DNA of 64,000 nucleotides from an uncultured Eubacteriales bacterium (GTDB taxonomy: Bacteria > Bacillota > Clostridia > Lachnospirales > Lachnospiraceae). Under the pieces are notes generated by a model. It was not told the DNA's origin and ran no database searches. It worked only from the letters and a program-made list of their open reading frames with translations. Below are positions 52,455 to 63,828 of this stretch, piece by piece. The stretch is from NCBI GenBank assembly GCA_900315305.1, contig OMYS01000002.1, forward strand, positions 4,149-68,148, read 5' to 3'. Numbering within the stretch: the stretch's first letter is position 1; the number at the start of each line of letters is the position of its first letter. Position numbers and translations under genes: made by a program.

Positions 52455-53732
52455 ATGGGTACGGCTGAAATGATCTTCTTGTATGTATTGCTGCTGGTGG
52501 TAATTTTACTCATGGCTGTCATCCTGATTCGTCAGGGGAGGCAGGGTGGCACACTGCCCCCGGGACGGGACAGTCACGACGAGCTGGTCCGCATTGCGCA
52601 GCGGGTCGAGAGTGGCAACCGCGCGAACCAGGAGGCGAGCGCGCAGCTTCGGGCCGAGGTGTCGGACGCGCTGCGGAGAGGACTGAAGACGCAGTCCGAG
52701 CAGCTCCTTAATGCGTCGAAGTTGCAGACTGATTCGCTCGTAAATCTGCAGGACCGCGTGATCCGTACGCTGCAGACGGAGACGGACCGGCTTCAGCAGT
52801 CAAATGAGGAAAAACTCGAGGAGATCCGCGGCGTCGTCAGCGACAAGCTCGACCGGACATTAAATGAGCGGCTCGACTCGAATTTCAAGACGATCGGGGA
52901 CCAGCTCGGGCGGCTGTACCATTCGCTCGGCGAGCTGCAGTCTCTTTCGGAGGGTGTGACGGACCTCAACCGGACACTGTCCAATGTGAAGACGCGGGGC
53001 ACCTGGGGCGAGGTGCAGCTGGGCCGGATTCTCGAGCAGACGCTGACGCGCGCCCAGTACGATGAGAATGTCGCGACGAAGAAAAACTCCTCCGACCGGG
53101 TTGAATTTGCCGTGAAATTTCCGGCCCAGGACGGGACGGGGGACACAGTCTATCTTCCGATCGACTCGAAGTTCCCGACCGATCTCTACAACCATATCGT
53201 GGACGCGTCTTCCAGAGGGGATCAGGAGGCAATGGATGCGGCCGTTACGGCTCTGAAGAACCGCATGCTGGATGAGGCCCGGACCATCAGAGACAAATAT
53301 CTGGACCCGCCGCGCACGACGAACTACGCGATCATGTTCCTTCCGACGGAGGGGCTGTACGCGGAGGTCCTCCGGATCGAGGGTCTCTCCGAAAAATGCC
53401 AGAATCTCGGGATCCTCATCGCGGGACCGACGACAATCACGGCGATCCTCAATTCCCTGCAGGCCGGCTTCCGCAGCATCGCGCTCTCGCAGAAGAGTGT
53501 CGAGGTCATGAAGCTGCTCGAGGCCGTGAAGGCCCAGTTTGGCCGGATGGACGAGGAGATCACGAAGACGCAGAAGAAGCTCTCCGAGGCGGTGTCCTCG
53601 ACGGACAAGCTTCATCACAGGACGCAGATCATCACGCGCAGAATGCGGAATATCGGCGACATGGATATCGATGAGGCGAAATCGGTCCTCGACCTTGAGG
53701 ATGGGGCAGATATGGACGGAAGCTCTATGTAA
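52455..53732 (+). CDS. rmuC: DNA recombination protein RmuC
   Basis: N-terminal TM helix, coiled coil, KTRGTWGEVQL, PIDSKFP, FLPTEGLYAE, GPTT. Confidence 0.93.
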   Translation: MGTAEMIFLYVLLLVVILLMAVILIRQGRQGGTLPPGRDSHDELVRIAQRVESGNRANQEASAQLRAEVSDALRRGLKTQSEQLLNASKLQTDSLVNLQDRVIRTLQTETDRLQQSNEEKLEEIRGVVSDKLDRTLNERLDSNFKTIGDQLGRLYHSLGELQSLSEGVTDLNRTLSNVKTRGTWGEVQLGRILEQTLTRAQYDENVATKKNSSDRVEFAVKFPAQDGTGDTVYLPIDSKFPTDLYNHIVDASSRGDQEAMDAAVTALKNRMLDEARTIRDKYLDPPRTTNYAIMFLPTEGLYAEVLRIEGLSEKCQNLGILIAGPTTITAILNSLQAGFRSIALSQKSVEVMKLLEAVKAQFGRMDEEITKTQKKLSEAVSSTDKLHHRTQIITRRMRNIGDMDIDEAKSVLDLEDGADMDGSSM

Positions 53733-53833
53733 GATTGATCAAAGACATTGATGGCTCCGCATGAAAAGGCAGGGCAGCAGGAGGCGCGGCTTCACAGGCA
53801 ATGCGGATGGCCGGGGCCGGGAAGGGAGAAGGT

Positions 53834-56800
53834 ATGGCGCTTACACTGTATACGGGCGGCTCGGGGGCCGGAAAGACACACGCGGTCTTTGAGCGCATCA
53901 TTGAAGAGTCCATGCGGGAGCCGGGCAGGCGGTTTATCGTCCTCGTCCCGGAGCAGTTCACGATGCAGACGCAGAAGATGCTGGTCCGCCAGCATCCGCG
54001 CCACGGCATTCTGAATATAGATGTGCTTTCATTTAACAGACTGGCTTACCGCGTCTTCTCCGAGACGGGAGAGGAGAGCGAGGAGCTGCTCGAGGAGATC
54101 GGAAAGACATTTATGCTCGAGAAGATCGCGCTCGATCTGAAGAAGCAGCTTCCCTACTACGGGGCGACGCTGGCAAGGCCGCAGAATCTCGCGGAGATGA
54201 AGGCACTGATCTCCGAGCTGATGCTGTACGATGTCTCACCGGAGCAGCTGGCCGGCGCGGTGACGGCGGAGGAGAAGGCAAAGAGCAGTCCGTTTGCGAT
54301 GAAGATTTCAGACACGGCACATGTCTACGCCGAGTTCAGGGAGCGTCTCGCCGGAACCTATATGACGGCTGAGGAGGTCCCTGACCGTCTGGTCGACATC
54401 GTCGACCGGTCGGAGCTCGTCCGTGATTCCGTGATTGCGCTCGACGGCTTTACGGGCTTTACGCCTGTTCAGCTGAAGCTGATCGGAAAGCTGATGGACC
54501 TCGTGAAGGATATGTATGTGACAGTCACGCTGGATCAGTATGAGCAGCCGTTCGGGCCGTATCGGAAGACCGGTCTCTTTGCGCTCAGCCACACGACGAC
54601 GCAGGCCCTGAAGAAGCTCGCGGAGGAGCATCACGTGCCGGTGGCAAAGCCTGTGTTTATTCCTGAAAATGAACACAGCCGCCATGCGGGCTCTCCCGAG
54701 CTGCAGTTCCTCGAGGCGTCTCTGTTCCGCGACAGGAGGCACGGACACTGGCAGGAGGAGCCGCACGATGTCCGCGTATTTGCGGCGCAGAATCCACGGA
54801 AGGAGATCGAGGAGACGGCGCTTGAGATCAGCCGTCTGGTGCGCGGGGAGGGATACCGGTACCGCGACATTGCCGTCGTGACCGGGGACCTTGCGTCGTA
54901 CGGCGACTATGTGCGGCAGGTATTTTCGGAATGGAACATACCGTATTTCCTTGACCAGAAGCGGGCCCTCGTCAGCAATCCGTTTATCGAGTACCTCCGC
55001 GCCGCGATGCAGGCCTGCGCGGAGGACTATTCCTACGAGGGCATTTTCCGCATGCTGAAGAGCGGAATGACGGACTTCACGGCGGATGAGATCGAGCATC
55101 TGGAGAACTATGTCCGGGGCTGCGGCATCCGCGGCAAGAAGAAATGGCGGACGAGGTTTATCAGGAGCTATCAGGGCGAGGACCCCGGAGAGGTCCCGCT
55201 GCTCGACGGGGTGCGTGAGCGCCTTCTTGAGCTGCTGGACCCGCTCGCGGACGCATTCGGACGCCGCGGCGGAACGGTGCGCGAGAAGTCGGAGGCGGTC
55301 TATGATTTCTGCGTCCGGACACACGCGGAGGAGAAGCTTCGCGCGCGCACAAAATGGTTTGACGAAAATGACAGGCCCGATCTCGCCAGAGAATACGATC
55401 AGGTCTATCCGTACGTCTGTCATTTTCTGGATAAGCTGACGGCTGTCCTCGGCGAGGAAAAGATCTCAATGAAGAACTACCAGGCGCTTCTGGAGGCCGG
55501 CTTCGCGGAGGCGCGCGTCGCGATCATTCCGCCGGGATCGGATCAGGTCATGGTCGGCGACGTGGAGCGGAGCCGGATCGGGGACGTGAAGGTCCTGTTC
55601 TTTGTGGGCGTCAACGAGGGCGTGATCCCGAAAATGGTCAGGGGAGGCGGTACTTTAAATGATGCGGACCGCAGCACACTCAGCGACCGTGAGATCACGC
55701 TGAAGCCGACTGCGCGTGAAAATCTCTACATCGAGCGCTTTTACCTCTACATGACACTTGCAAAGCCGTCCCGGAAGCTCATTCTCATGTACAGCGCGGC
55801 CAATATGGCCGGTGAGGTGATGAAGCCCGCATATCTGATCGGAGCGGTAAGGCGCCTCTTCCCGAAGCTTGAGGAGAGACATGCCCAGACGGATATCAGG
55901 CAGCGCTTCGAGCGGCCGGAGACAGGCGTGCGCCTTGTCACGGAGGGACTTGAGTCCATTGACACGAAGGCAGTGACGCCTGAGTTTCTCGAGCTCTTCT
56001 CGTGGTACCGGCGGCAGCCGGTGTATGCCCGGAAGATGGACATTCTCCTTGAGGCGGCGGGAAGGCGGAAGCCGAAGGACCGCATCGGGCGGGCGGCCGC
56101 GGAGGCGCTGTACGGGAAGAATCTGCACAATTCGGCGTCGCGCCTTGAGCAGTTCTGCGCCTGCAGGTTCGCTCATTTTCTGAAGTATGGGCTGAGACTG
56201 AAGGAGAGAGCCGAGTTCCTGTTCAATCCGATGGATCTCGGAACGGTCATGCACCGGTCGCTCGAGCTCTTTGCGGGATCGGCCGGGCCGGACAGAGAGA
56301 AGTGGCAGCATTTTGCGGAGGACAACGAGCTGCGGAACGGCCGAGCGTCCGACAGCATGCGGCAGGCCGTCGCTGAGAGCGGGAGCGACGTGCTTCACGA
56401 CACAGCCAGAAATGAGTACCAGATCAGGCGTATGGACCGGCTGATGTCCGCGACCGCGTGGGCGCAGACCGAGCAGATCGTAGCGGGAGATTTTGTGCCC
56501 GCCGGGATGGAGACCGTCTTCTCCGGAAATGAGGACATCGAAGCGGCGCGGATTAGTCTCCCGGGCGGCGCGGAGCTCACACTGACAGGGCGGATTGACC
56601 GGATCGACATCTGTGACGAGGACGGAGTGACACTGGTCCGCGTCATCGATTATAAGACAGGGAGAAAGGAGTTCAGTCTGCGGGACGTCTACTACGGCCT
56701 GCAGCTGCAGCTCGTTATTTACATGGAGGCGGCCCTTGAGCTGCTCAGGAAGCAGGGAAAGCACCCGGTCCCGGCGGGCATCTTCTACTACCGGGTCATG

Positions 56801-57277
56801 GACCCTGTCGTCGCGTATCAGCCGGGTGAGACGGGAAGCGAGCTGGCAAAGCGGATTTTAAAGGAGCTGATTCTGTCCGGCATCGTGATTGGAGACGAGA
56901 AGACGGCGGAGCATTTCGATCATGCGCTGAAGGAGAGCGGGACCGGCTCAGACGTCGTGCCGGTGAAGAGAACGAAGAAGGGCATCTCGAAGACGTCGCA
57001 TATGATCTCTGCCGGCGATTACGGGACGGTCAGCACCTATGTCCGGCGGAAGGTGATGGACGCCGGCTGCGCGATTCTTTCCGGAAGCGCGGAGATCAAT
57101 CCGTACGCGACGGCCGATCTCAAGGACACGGCGTGCCAGTTCTGCGAGTACAGAGGCATCTGCGGCTTTGACAGGAGGATACCGGGATATCAGTACCGCC
57201 TGATCGATAAGATGAGTCAGGACGACGCGGTTCTCAGGATGGAGGGAGAAGACGATGGCGATCAGCTGGACAAATGA
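53834..57277 (+). CDS. addB: AddAB helicase-nuclease subunit B
   Basis: GGSGAGKT, VPEQFT, SFNRLA, RecB-family GRIDRID...IDYKTG, Fe-S cysteines FCAC...CQFCEYRGIC. Confidence 0.92.
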   Translation: MALTLYTGGSGAGKTHAVFERIIEESMREPGRRFIVLVPEQFTMQTQKMLVRQHPRHGILNIDVLSFNRLAYRVFSETGEESEELLEEIGKTFMLEKIALDLKKQLPYYGATLARPQNLAEMKALISELMLYDVSPEQLAGAVTAEEKAKSSPFAMKISDTAHVYAEFRERLAGTYMTAEEVPDRLVDIVDRSELVRDSVIALDGFTGFTPVQLKLIGKLMDLVKDMYVTVTLDQYEQPFGPYRKTGLFALSHTTTQALKKLAEEHHVPVAKPVFIPENEHSRHAGSPELQFLEASLFRDRRHGHWQEEPHDVRVFAAQNPRKEIEETALEISRLVRGEGYRYRDIAVVTGDLASYGDYVRQVFSEWNIPYFLDQKRALVSNPFIEYLRAAMQACAEDYSYEGIFRMLKSGMTDFTADEIEHLENYVRGCGIRGKKKWRTRFIRSYQGEDPGEVPLLDGVRERLLELLDPLADAFGRRGGTVREKSEAVYDFCVRTHAEEKLRARTKWFDENDRPDLAREYDQVYPYVCHFLDKLTAVLGEEKISMKNYQALLEAGFAEARVAIIPPGSDQVMVGDVERSRIGDVKVLFFVGVNEGVIPKMVRGGGTLNDADRSTLSDREITLKPTARENLYIERFYLYMTLAKPSRKLILMYSAANMAGEVMKPAYLIGAVRRLFPKLEERHAQTDIRQRFERPETGVRLVTEGLESIDTKAVTPEFLELFSWYRRQPVYARKMDILLEAAGRRKPKDRIGRAAAEALYGKNLHNSASRLEQFCACRFAHFLKYGLRLKERAEFLFNPMDLGTVMHRSLELFAGSAGPDREKWQHFAEDNELRNGRASDSMRQAVAESGSDVLHDTARNEYQIRRMDRLMSATAWAQTEQIVAGDFVPAGMETVFSGNEDIEAARISLPGGAELTLTGRIDRIDICDEDGVTLVRVIDYKTGRKEFSLRDVYYGLQLQLVIYMEAALELLRKQGKHPVPAGIFYYRVMDPVVAYQPGETGSELAKRILKELILSGIVIGDEKTAEHFDHALKESGTGSDVVPVKRTKKGISKTSHMISAGDYGTVSTYVRRKVMDAGCAILSGSAEINPYATADLKDTACQFCEYRGICGFDRRIPGYQYRLIDKMSQDDAVLRMEGEDDGDQLDK

Positions 57278-60200
57278 GCAGAAGGCGGTGATTACGACCC
57301 GCGGAAAAAATATTCTCGTCTCGGCGGCAGCGGGATCGGGCAAGACCGCGGTGCTTGTGGAGCGGATTCTTTCCAGAATCACGAGTGACACGGACCCCGT
57401 TTCGATCGATGAGCTGCTGATCGTGACCTTTACGAAGGCAGCCGCCGGAGAAATGAAGAACCGAATCCTGAGCAGACTTGAGGACGCGGCAGAGCAGGAC
57501 CCGGACAACGCGTATCTCGCGGACCAGGTACGCCGCGTCGGAGGGGCCCAGATCACGACGATTGACGGCTTCTGCTCCTATGTCATCCGGAATTACGGCC
57601 AGTCCATTGAGCTTGCGCCGGGCTTCCGCGTCGCGGAGGAGGGCGAGACAAAGCTGATGAAGAAGGACGCCGTGTCGGAGATTCTCGAGGAAGCGTACGC
57701 GTCGACTGACCCGGATGAGCAGGAGCGGTTCGGTTCATTTGTCGAGACCTTTGCGACGGGCAAGACAGATACGTCGCTCGAGGACCTGATTCTCCGCGTG
57801 TTTGAGGCGGCCGAGAGCAGCCCGGACCCGCACGGCTGGCTTGCGCACTGCCGCCATGAAAATGAGGCCTCCTCGCCGGAGACGCTCTTTCAGACAGATT
57901 GGATGAAGATGTTCCGGGAGGCGGCGGAGGAGAACGCGGAGATGGCGCTCTCCCTGGCAGAGAAAAATGCGCTTCTTGCGCACAGCGCGGAGGGCCCGTC
58001 CGCCTATATTCCGACGGGAGATGCATATCTTACACTTGCGGAGAATGTCCTTGCGGCAGTCAGGGGCGATGATTTCTACTGGCAGACCCGTCTCGCGCTG
58101 TACGGGACGGAGATTCCGGTCCTTAGCCGAAAGAAGCCGGCAGAGGGAGAGAACCCCTATCTCCGGGAGACCTTCAAGGCGACGCGGGATGCCTTGAAAA
58201 AGATTTTAGACGAGCTCAAGGAGCAGTACTTCTTCCTGCCGGCGGATGACGCGGCAGCAAGTCTCCGCGACGGGGCCGGGCCGCTCGATATGCTGCTCGA
58301 TCTCACGGAGCGCATGCGGGACCGCTACGCCGAGATGAAGGAAGAGAAAAATGTCCTCGACTTCAGCGATCTCGAGCACGATGCGCTCCGGATCCTCCGG
58401 AAGGACGGGGAGCGGACCTATGCGGCGCGTGAGCTTGCAGGGCAGTACAGGGAGGTCATGATCGACGAGTACCAGGACAGCAACTACCTGCAGGAGGCAA
58501 TTCTCACGGCAGTGAGCCGGATCGAGGACGGGGAGCCGAATTATTTCTGTGTCGGCGATGTCAAGCAGAGCATCTACAGCTTCCGGCAGGCAAGGCCGGA
58601 GCTGTTCATGGAGAAATACCATAGCTACAAGGGCGGAAGCGGAGACGGAGTCAGAATCGATCTGCACCGGAACTTCAGAAGCCGCGGCGAGGTGGTCGAC
58701 ACAGTCAACGGTATCTTCCGCCAGATCATGCGGAGCGAGGTCGGCGGCGTCGATTATGACGATGACGCCGCGCTTGTAAAGGGCGCTGCATTTGCCGATA
58801 AGGATGAGAAAAAAATCACGGACCCTGCGGCTGACTACAGGACCGAGATCATGCCCGTCTTCACGGAGGAAGACGCGGAGCTCATGGACGACACGGGATC
58901 GGCGGCCGCGAGGGAGCTCGAGGCGAGAGCGGTCGGGACCAGGATCCGCCGGATGGTCGGACACGAGAAGATTCTCGATCAGAAGACGGGAGAGCTCAGG
59001 CCCATTCAGTATAAGGATATCGTGATTCTCCTCCGGACGACGGCGGAGTGGAGCGACGTGTTTACGCGCGTCTTAGACGGCATGCATATCCCCTGCTATA
59101 CCTCCTCGAAGGAGGGCTATTTCGGCGCGCTCGAGGTCGTCACCGTCCTCAATTATCTGCGGATTATCGACAACCCGCAGCAGGACATCCCGTTCACGGC
59201 CGTCCTCACATCGGCATTTGCGGGACTTGAGGCGGAGGACCTGGCGCTTGTCCGCGCAAGAGACGGTGCTGCCTCCTATTCCGGCAGCACGGAGAGGGCA
59301 AATGTCTCGATGTATGACGCCGCGCGCTTTTACGCACAGCACGGAGAGGAGCATGCGCTTCGGGAAAAGCTCGGAGAGTTCTTCTCATTTTATGACAGAA
59401 TCCGGGACAGCGTGCACGACACGCCGCTGCACGAGCTGATCGACCGTGTCATCACAGAGTCCGGCTTCGGTGAGTACGCGGCGGCTCTTCCGGGAGGCCT
59501 GCAGAGAACCGTGAACCTTCGCATGCTGGTTGACAAGGCGATTGCATTTGAGCACACGAGCTATGTCGGCCTCTTTAATTTCGTCCGCTACATCGAGAAC
59601 CTGCAGAAGGAAAATGTCGATTTCGGCGAGCTGAGCACGATCACGGAGCACGAGGATGTCGTGAGAATTTACAGCATACATAAGAGCAAGGGCCTGGAAT
59701 ATCCGGTCGTCTTCGTGTGCGGCATGGGCAAGAAATTCAACACGCGGGAAATGAAGGCCGCCGTTCTGATTCATCCGGAGATGGGCGTCGCGTCTGATTA
59801 CGTCGATTTCCGGCACCGCGTGCGCGTGCCGACCCTGAAGAAATGCGCCGTGAAGCAGAGGCTTCTGCGCGACCGGATCGGCGAGGAGCTGAGGGTCCTC
59901 TACGTTGCGCTCACGCGCGCGAAGCAGAAGCTGATTCTCACCGGCTCTCTGAAAAATGAAGAGAGCTTTGAGAGCCTTACATCGGATGCCCCGCTGTCGG
60001 AGACAAAGCTTTCGGCCGGCTTTATTGTCCGGGCCGGTACCTTCTGGGACTGGGTCATTCCCGCGGCGAAGCGGATGCTGGACGCGGAGAACAGAGCAGC
60101 CATGAAGACGATGACGGCTGATGAGCGGGAAAAAATGCTGATGCATGACGGCGGGAGAAAGCTCTCCGGCTCCTTCCTTGTCTTTACGCCGGTCCGGCCG

Positions 60201-61259
60201 TCCGAGCTGGCCGCGGACGAGGTGGACACACAGGTGAGAAGGGCGGACGCGCTCACGGCACTTGAGAGCGTGAGGTCTGCCCATATCTACGACGCGGGCA
60301 TGCGCTCTTTGATCAACTCGCGGGCGGCCTGGACGTATCCGTTCGCGGGCAGTGAGACGATCCCGGTTGAGGTCTCCGTGTCGGAGCTGAAAACCGGCCG
60401 CTACACGGACCGGGATGAAGAATTTGCGGAGAGCGATGACATGGCGCAGCTCTATCCGGAGGAAGAGGATGAGGAACCGACAGTGCCGGATTTCATCCGG
60501 CAGCGGGACATGAGGCGGGCTGCCGCAGAAGCGAAGCCTTCTGAACAGAAAACAGTGCCCGGCGCCGCTCCGGATTCTTCGGAGCCAGCCGCTGAGGCGG
60601 GCCTTGCTGCGTCCGGCTCCACGCGCGGAACCGCGTATCACAGAGTCATGCAGCTCATTTCCTTTGCGGAGGCAGATGAGGGCGGCGGAGAGCCAGTGAA
60701 GACTGCGGATTTGAAGCCGACGAGGGGCGGGGCAGCTGTGCCTGGCGAGGATACAGCGTCATCCGAGGGCAAAGTATCGGTGAAAAGCAGGACGGTCTCA
60801 GATTGTGAAAGTGTCTATGGAAATCTCGTCCGCCAGCTTGAGAGACTGAAAAAATCCGGAAAGCTCAGCGCAGAGGAGGCAGACCTCGTCGATCTCCGGC
60901 GCGTTGCAATGATGGCGGCAAGCCCGATGGGAAGACGGATGGCAGAGGCCGAGAGGCGAGGCGATCTGTACAGAGAGCAGCCCTTCGTTCTCGGAGTTGC
61001 CGCGTCTGAAATCCGGAGCGAGTGGCCGGACGACGAGATGATCTTTGTACAGGGAATCATCGATGCGTTCTTCTATGAGGAGGACGGTATCGTTCTGCTC
61101 GACTACAAGACAGACCGCGTGCGGGACCCGGCGGAGCTGACCGACCGGTACCGCGTGCAGCTTACGCAGTATCGCGAGGCATTGGAGCGCGTGACCGGCA
61201 AAGACGTGAAGGAGACCTATATCTGGTCCTTCCGCCTGGGGCGGGCCATACTTATGTAA
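57255..61259 (+). CDS. addA: AddAB helicase-nuclease subunit A
   Basis: VSAAAGSGKT, VTFTKAAA, MIDEYQD, VGDVKQSIYSFR, SIHKSKGLE, LYVALTRAK, QGIIDAFF...LDYKTD. Confidence 0.95.
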   Translation: MAISWTNEQKAVITTRGKNILVSAAAGSGKTAVLVERILSRITSDTDPVSIDELLIVTFTKAAAGEMKNRILSRLEDAAEQDPDNAYLADQVRRVGGAQITTIDGFCSYVIRNYGQSIELAPGFRVAEEGETKLMKKDAVSEILEEAYASTDPDEQERFGSFVETFATGKTDTSLEDLILRVFEAAESSPDPHGWLAHCRHENEASSPETLFQTDWMKMFREAAEENAEMALSLAEKNALLAHSAEGPSAYIPTGDAYLTLAENVLAAVRGDDFYWQTRLALYGTEIPVLSRKKPAEGENPYLRETFKATRDALKKILDELKEQYFFLPADDAAASLRDGAGPLDMLLDLTERMRDRYAEMKEEKNVLDFSDLEHDALRILRKDGERTYAARELAGQYREVMIDEYQDSNYLQEAILTAVSRIEDGEPNYFCVGDVKQSIYSFRQARPELFMEKYHSYKGGSGDGVRIDLHRNFRSRGEVVDTVNGIFRQIMRSEVGGVDYDDDAALVKGAAFADKDEKKITDPAADYRTEIMPVFTEEDAELMDDTGSAAARELEARAVGTRIRRMVGHEKILDQKTGELRPIQYKDIVILLRTTAEWSDVFTRVLDGMHIPCYTSSKEGYFGALEVVTVLNYLRIIDNPQQDIPFTAVLTSAFAGLEAEDLALVRARDGAASYSGSTERANVSMYDAARFYAQHGEEHALREKLGEFFSFYDRIRDSVHDTPLHELIDRVITESGFGEYAAALPGGLQRTVNLRMLVDKAIAFEHTSYVGLFNFVRYIENLQKENVDFGELSTITEHEDVVRIYSIHKSKGLEYPVVFVCGMGKKFNTREMKAAVLIHPEMGVASDYVDFRHRVRVPTLKKCAVKQRLLRDRIGEELRVLYVALTRAKQKLILTGSLKNEESFESLTSDAPLSETKLSAGFIVRAGTFWDWVIPAAKRMLDAENRAAMKTMTADEREKMLMHDGGRKLSGSFLVFTPVRPSELAADEVDTQVRRADALTALESVRSAHIYDAGMRSLINSRAAWTYPFAGSETIPVEVSVSELKTGRYTDRDEEFAESDDMAQLYPEEEDEEPTVPDFIRQRDMRRAAAEAKPSEQKTVPGAAPDSSEPAAEAGLAASGSTRGTAYHRVMQLISFAEADEGGGEPVKTADLKPTRGGAAVPGEDTASSEGKVSVKSRTVSDCESVYGNLVRQLERLKKSGKLSAEEADLVDLRRVAMMAASPMGRRMAEAERRGDLYREQPFVLGVAASEIRSEWPDDEMIFVQGIIDAFFYEEDGIVLLDYKTDRVRDPAELTDRYRVQLTQYREALERVTGKDVKETYIWSFRLGRAILM

Positions 61260-61269
61260 GTCCCAGACC

Positions 61270-61298
61270 TTGCAAGATCAGCGCATTTTCGGTATATT
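61270..61298 (+). promoter_or_regulatory. Probable sigma-A promoter of prfB
   Basis: TTGCAA-17-TATATT. Confidence 0.55.
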
Positions 61299-61379
61299 AA
61301 AAAGTACAGCCGCGTTCACTCGCGGCGAGTAAAATATCACAAAAGCCTGCATGTACAGGCGTGAAAGAGGGTGAGACTA

Positions 61380-62520
61380 TTGGTAGAGTTAGATCCGATC
61401 AAGCTTGAACTGAATTCCTACGACCAGCCATTAGTTGAAATGAGGGACTCACTTTGACCTCGCTGTCAAAGAGAAGAGAATTCAGGAATTAAACAGAGAA
61501 ATGGAAGATCCTCATTTCTGGGACAATCCGGATGAGGCAACAAAAAAGCAGAGACTTCTCGGAAATCTGAAGAACGACGTGGAGACATATAATAAGCTCG
61601 TCTCCGACCACGATGATATCCGGGACATGATCGAGATGGCCGACGAAGAGCCGGATCCGTCCATCGTTCCGGAGGTCGAGGAGATGTTCGAGGATTTCAA
61701 GAATAAATTCGAGACGCTTCGCATGAAGACACTGCTCTCCGGCGAGTATGACGACTGCAACGCGATTGTTACGCTCCACGCGGGCACAGGCGGAACCGAG
61801 GCCATGGACTGGACGAGTATGCTCTATCGCATGTACTCGAGGTGGGCGGAATCCCACGGCTTCCAGGTAGAGGTCCTCGACAGCCTCGACGGCGATGAGG
61901 CGGGACTGAAATCCATCACGTTCCAGGTAAACGGCGAGAACGCGTACGGACTTCTGAAGTCCGAGCACGGCGTACACCGGCTCGTCCGGATCAGCCCGTT
62001 CAACGCGAACGGCAAGAGACAGACTTCATTTTCCGCATGCGAGGTCATGCCGGACATCGAGGAGGATCTTGACATCGAGATCGATCCGAAGGATATCCGG
62101 ATTGATACATACCGCTCGTCGGGTGCCGGCGGCCAGCATATCAACAAGACATCGTCGGCCATCCGGATCACGCATTTCCCGACGGGAATCGTTGTCACCT
62201 GCCAGAATGAGCGCTCTCAGTTCCAGAACAAGGACAAGGCGTTCCAGGAACTGAAGATCAAGCTGTTCATGCTGAAGCAGCAGGAAAATGCAGAGAAGCT
62301 CGATGACATCCGCGGCAAGGTCACGGACATCGCCTGGGGCAACCAGATCCGCTCGTATTTCCTGCAGCCGTATCAGCTGATCAAGGACCTGCGGACCGGC
62401 GAGGAGCAGACCAATGCGCAGAAGGTACTGGACGGCGGCATCGATCCGTTCATCAACGCGTACCTCAAGTGGATTGCACTCGGGAACAAGGATCAGAAGG
62501 ACAAGACAGAAGCGAGATAA
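61380..62520 (+). CDS. prfB: Peptide chain release factor 2 (programmed +1 frameshift)
   Basis: TTG start, 25 codons to CTT-TGA-C (61452-58), continuing in the +1 frame as DLAVKEKRIQELNREMEDPHFW...; SPF and GGQ motifs. Confidence 0.95.
61443..61458 (+). promoter_or_regulatory. prfB +1 frameshift cassette
   Basis: Internal SD AGGG, then CTT TGA C. Confidence 0.93.
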
Positions 62521-62604
62521 CAAGCATTGCAGCAGCCATCCGCAAAACGGCCGGATGAGCCTGAATCAGTGAGTCAGGCGGGATTCAGAAGAAAGGCTGA
62601 AAAT

Positions 62605-63828
62605 ATGATCAATATAGCGATTATGGGTTATGGCACCGTAGGTGCAGGCGTATTCAAGGTTCTTAAAATGAACAGCGAGGCGATCACACGCCGCGTCGGT
62701 CACAGACTGAATATCAAGTATGTTCTGGATCTCAGGGACTTTCCGGGTGATCCGGCTGAGGATGTGCTGACGCACGACTTCAACGACATCCTGAATGACG
62801 ACTCTGTCAGCATCGTCGTGGAGACAATGGGCGGTCTGAAGCCGGCCTATAACTTCACGAAGGAGCTTCTTCTCGCGGGCAAAAATGTCTGCACGTCCAA
62901 CAAGGAGCTGGTCGCTGAGCACGGCGTTGAGCTTCGCTCTATTGCGCACGATATGAACTGCAACTATCTCTTTGAGGCGAGCTGCGGCGGCGGTATTCCG
63001 ATCATCCGCGTTCTCAATTCTTCGCTCACGGCCGAGGAAATCGAGGAAGTGACGGGTATTCTGAACGGAACGACGAACTATATCCTGACGAGCATGACGC
63101 AGGAGGGCGCAGACTTTAACGACGCGCTCAAGGAGGCTCAGAAGAAGGGCTTCGCGGAGCTTCATCCGGAGGCTGATATTGAGGGAATGGACGCGTGCCG
63201 CAAGATCGCGATCCTCTCCTCCCTTGCCTATGGCAAGCATGTTAATTATAACTACGTGCCGACAGAGGGAATCACGAATGTCGATGCGACGGATATCCGC
63301 TACGCAAAGGAGCTCGGCGTAGTGATCAAGCTTCTTGCGACGAGCCGCCGCGAGAAGGAAGGCACATGGGCGATGGTCGCACCGATGATGATCGGCAGCG
63401 AGAACCCGCTCTCTGCTGTTGACGGTGTCATGAACGCGGTCATGGTCAAGGGCAACGCAGTCGGAACGACTATGTTCTATGGCAGCGGCGCAGGCTCTCT
63501 CCCGACGGCGAGCGCTGTGTGCGGCGACGTGATCGATGCGGCAAAGCATCTGCACACGACAATCAAGACAGATTCCGGCACAGGCGTCACGATGCGGCTG
63601 ATGAAGATCGACAACGTGGCCCGTCCGTTCTTTGTCCGCTTCAGCGGAACAGAGGATGAGGCAAGGGCTGCATTCGGTGATATCCACGATGTTATCCGTC
63701 TTGACGGCGTGAGCGGCGAATTCGGCTTCCTTACACCGACCATGAAGGAGGGCGATTTCAAGGCTGCGGCAGAGAAATCCGGCAAAGTGATCAAGTGGTA
63801 CAGAAGAGGAAAGAAAGAAGAACAGTAA
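62605..63828 (+). CDS. hom: Homoserine dehydrogenase
   Basis: GYGTVGAG, TSNKEL, FEASCGGGIP, GILNGTTNYIL, DACRKIAIL, GSGAGSLPTASAV. Confidence 0.93.
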   Translation: MINIAIMGYGTVGAGVFKVLKMNSEAITRRVGHRLNIKYVLDLRDFPGDPAEDVLTHDFNDILNDDSVSIVVETMGGLKPAYNFTKELLLAGKNVCTSNKELVAEHGVELRSIAHDMNCNYLFEASCGGGIPIIRVLNSSLTAEEIEEVTGILNGTTNYILTSMTQEGADFNDALKEAQKKGFAELHPEADIEGMDACRKIAILSSLAYGKHVNYNYVPTEGITNVDATDIRYAKELGVVIKLLATSRREKEGTWAMVAPMMIGSENPLSAVDGVMNAVMVKGNAVGTTMFYGSGAGSLPTASAVCGDVIDAAKHLHTTIKTDSGTGVTMRLMKIDNVARPFFVRFSGTEDEARAAFGDIHDVIRLDGVSGEFGFLTPTMKEGDFKAAAEKSGKVIKWYRRGKKEEQ

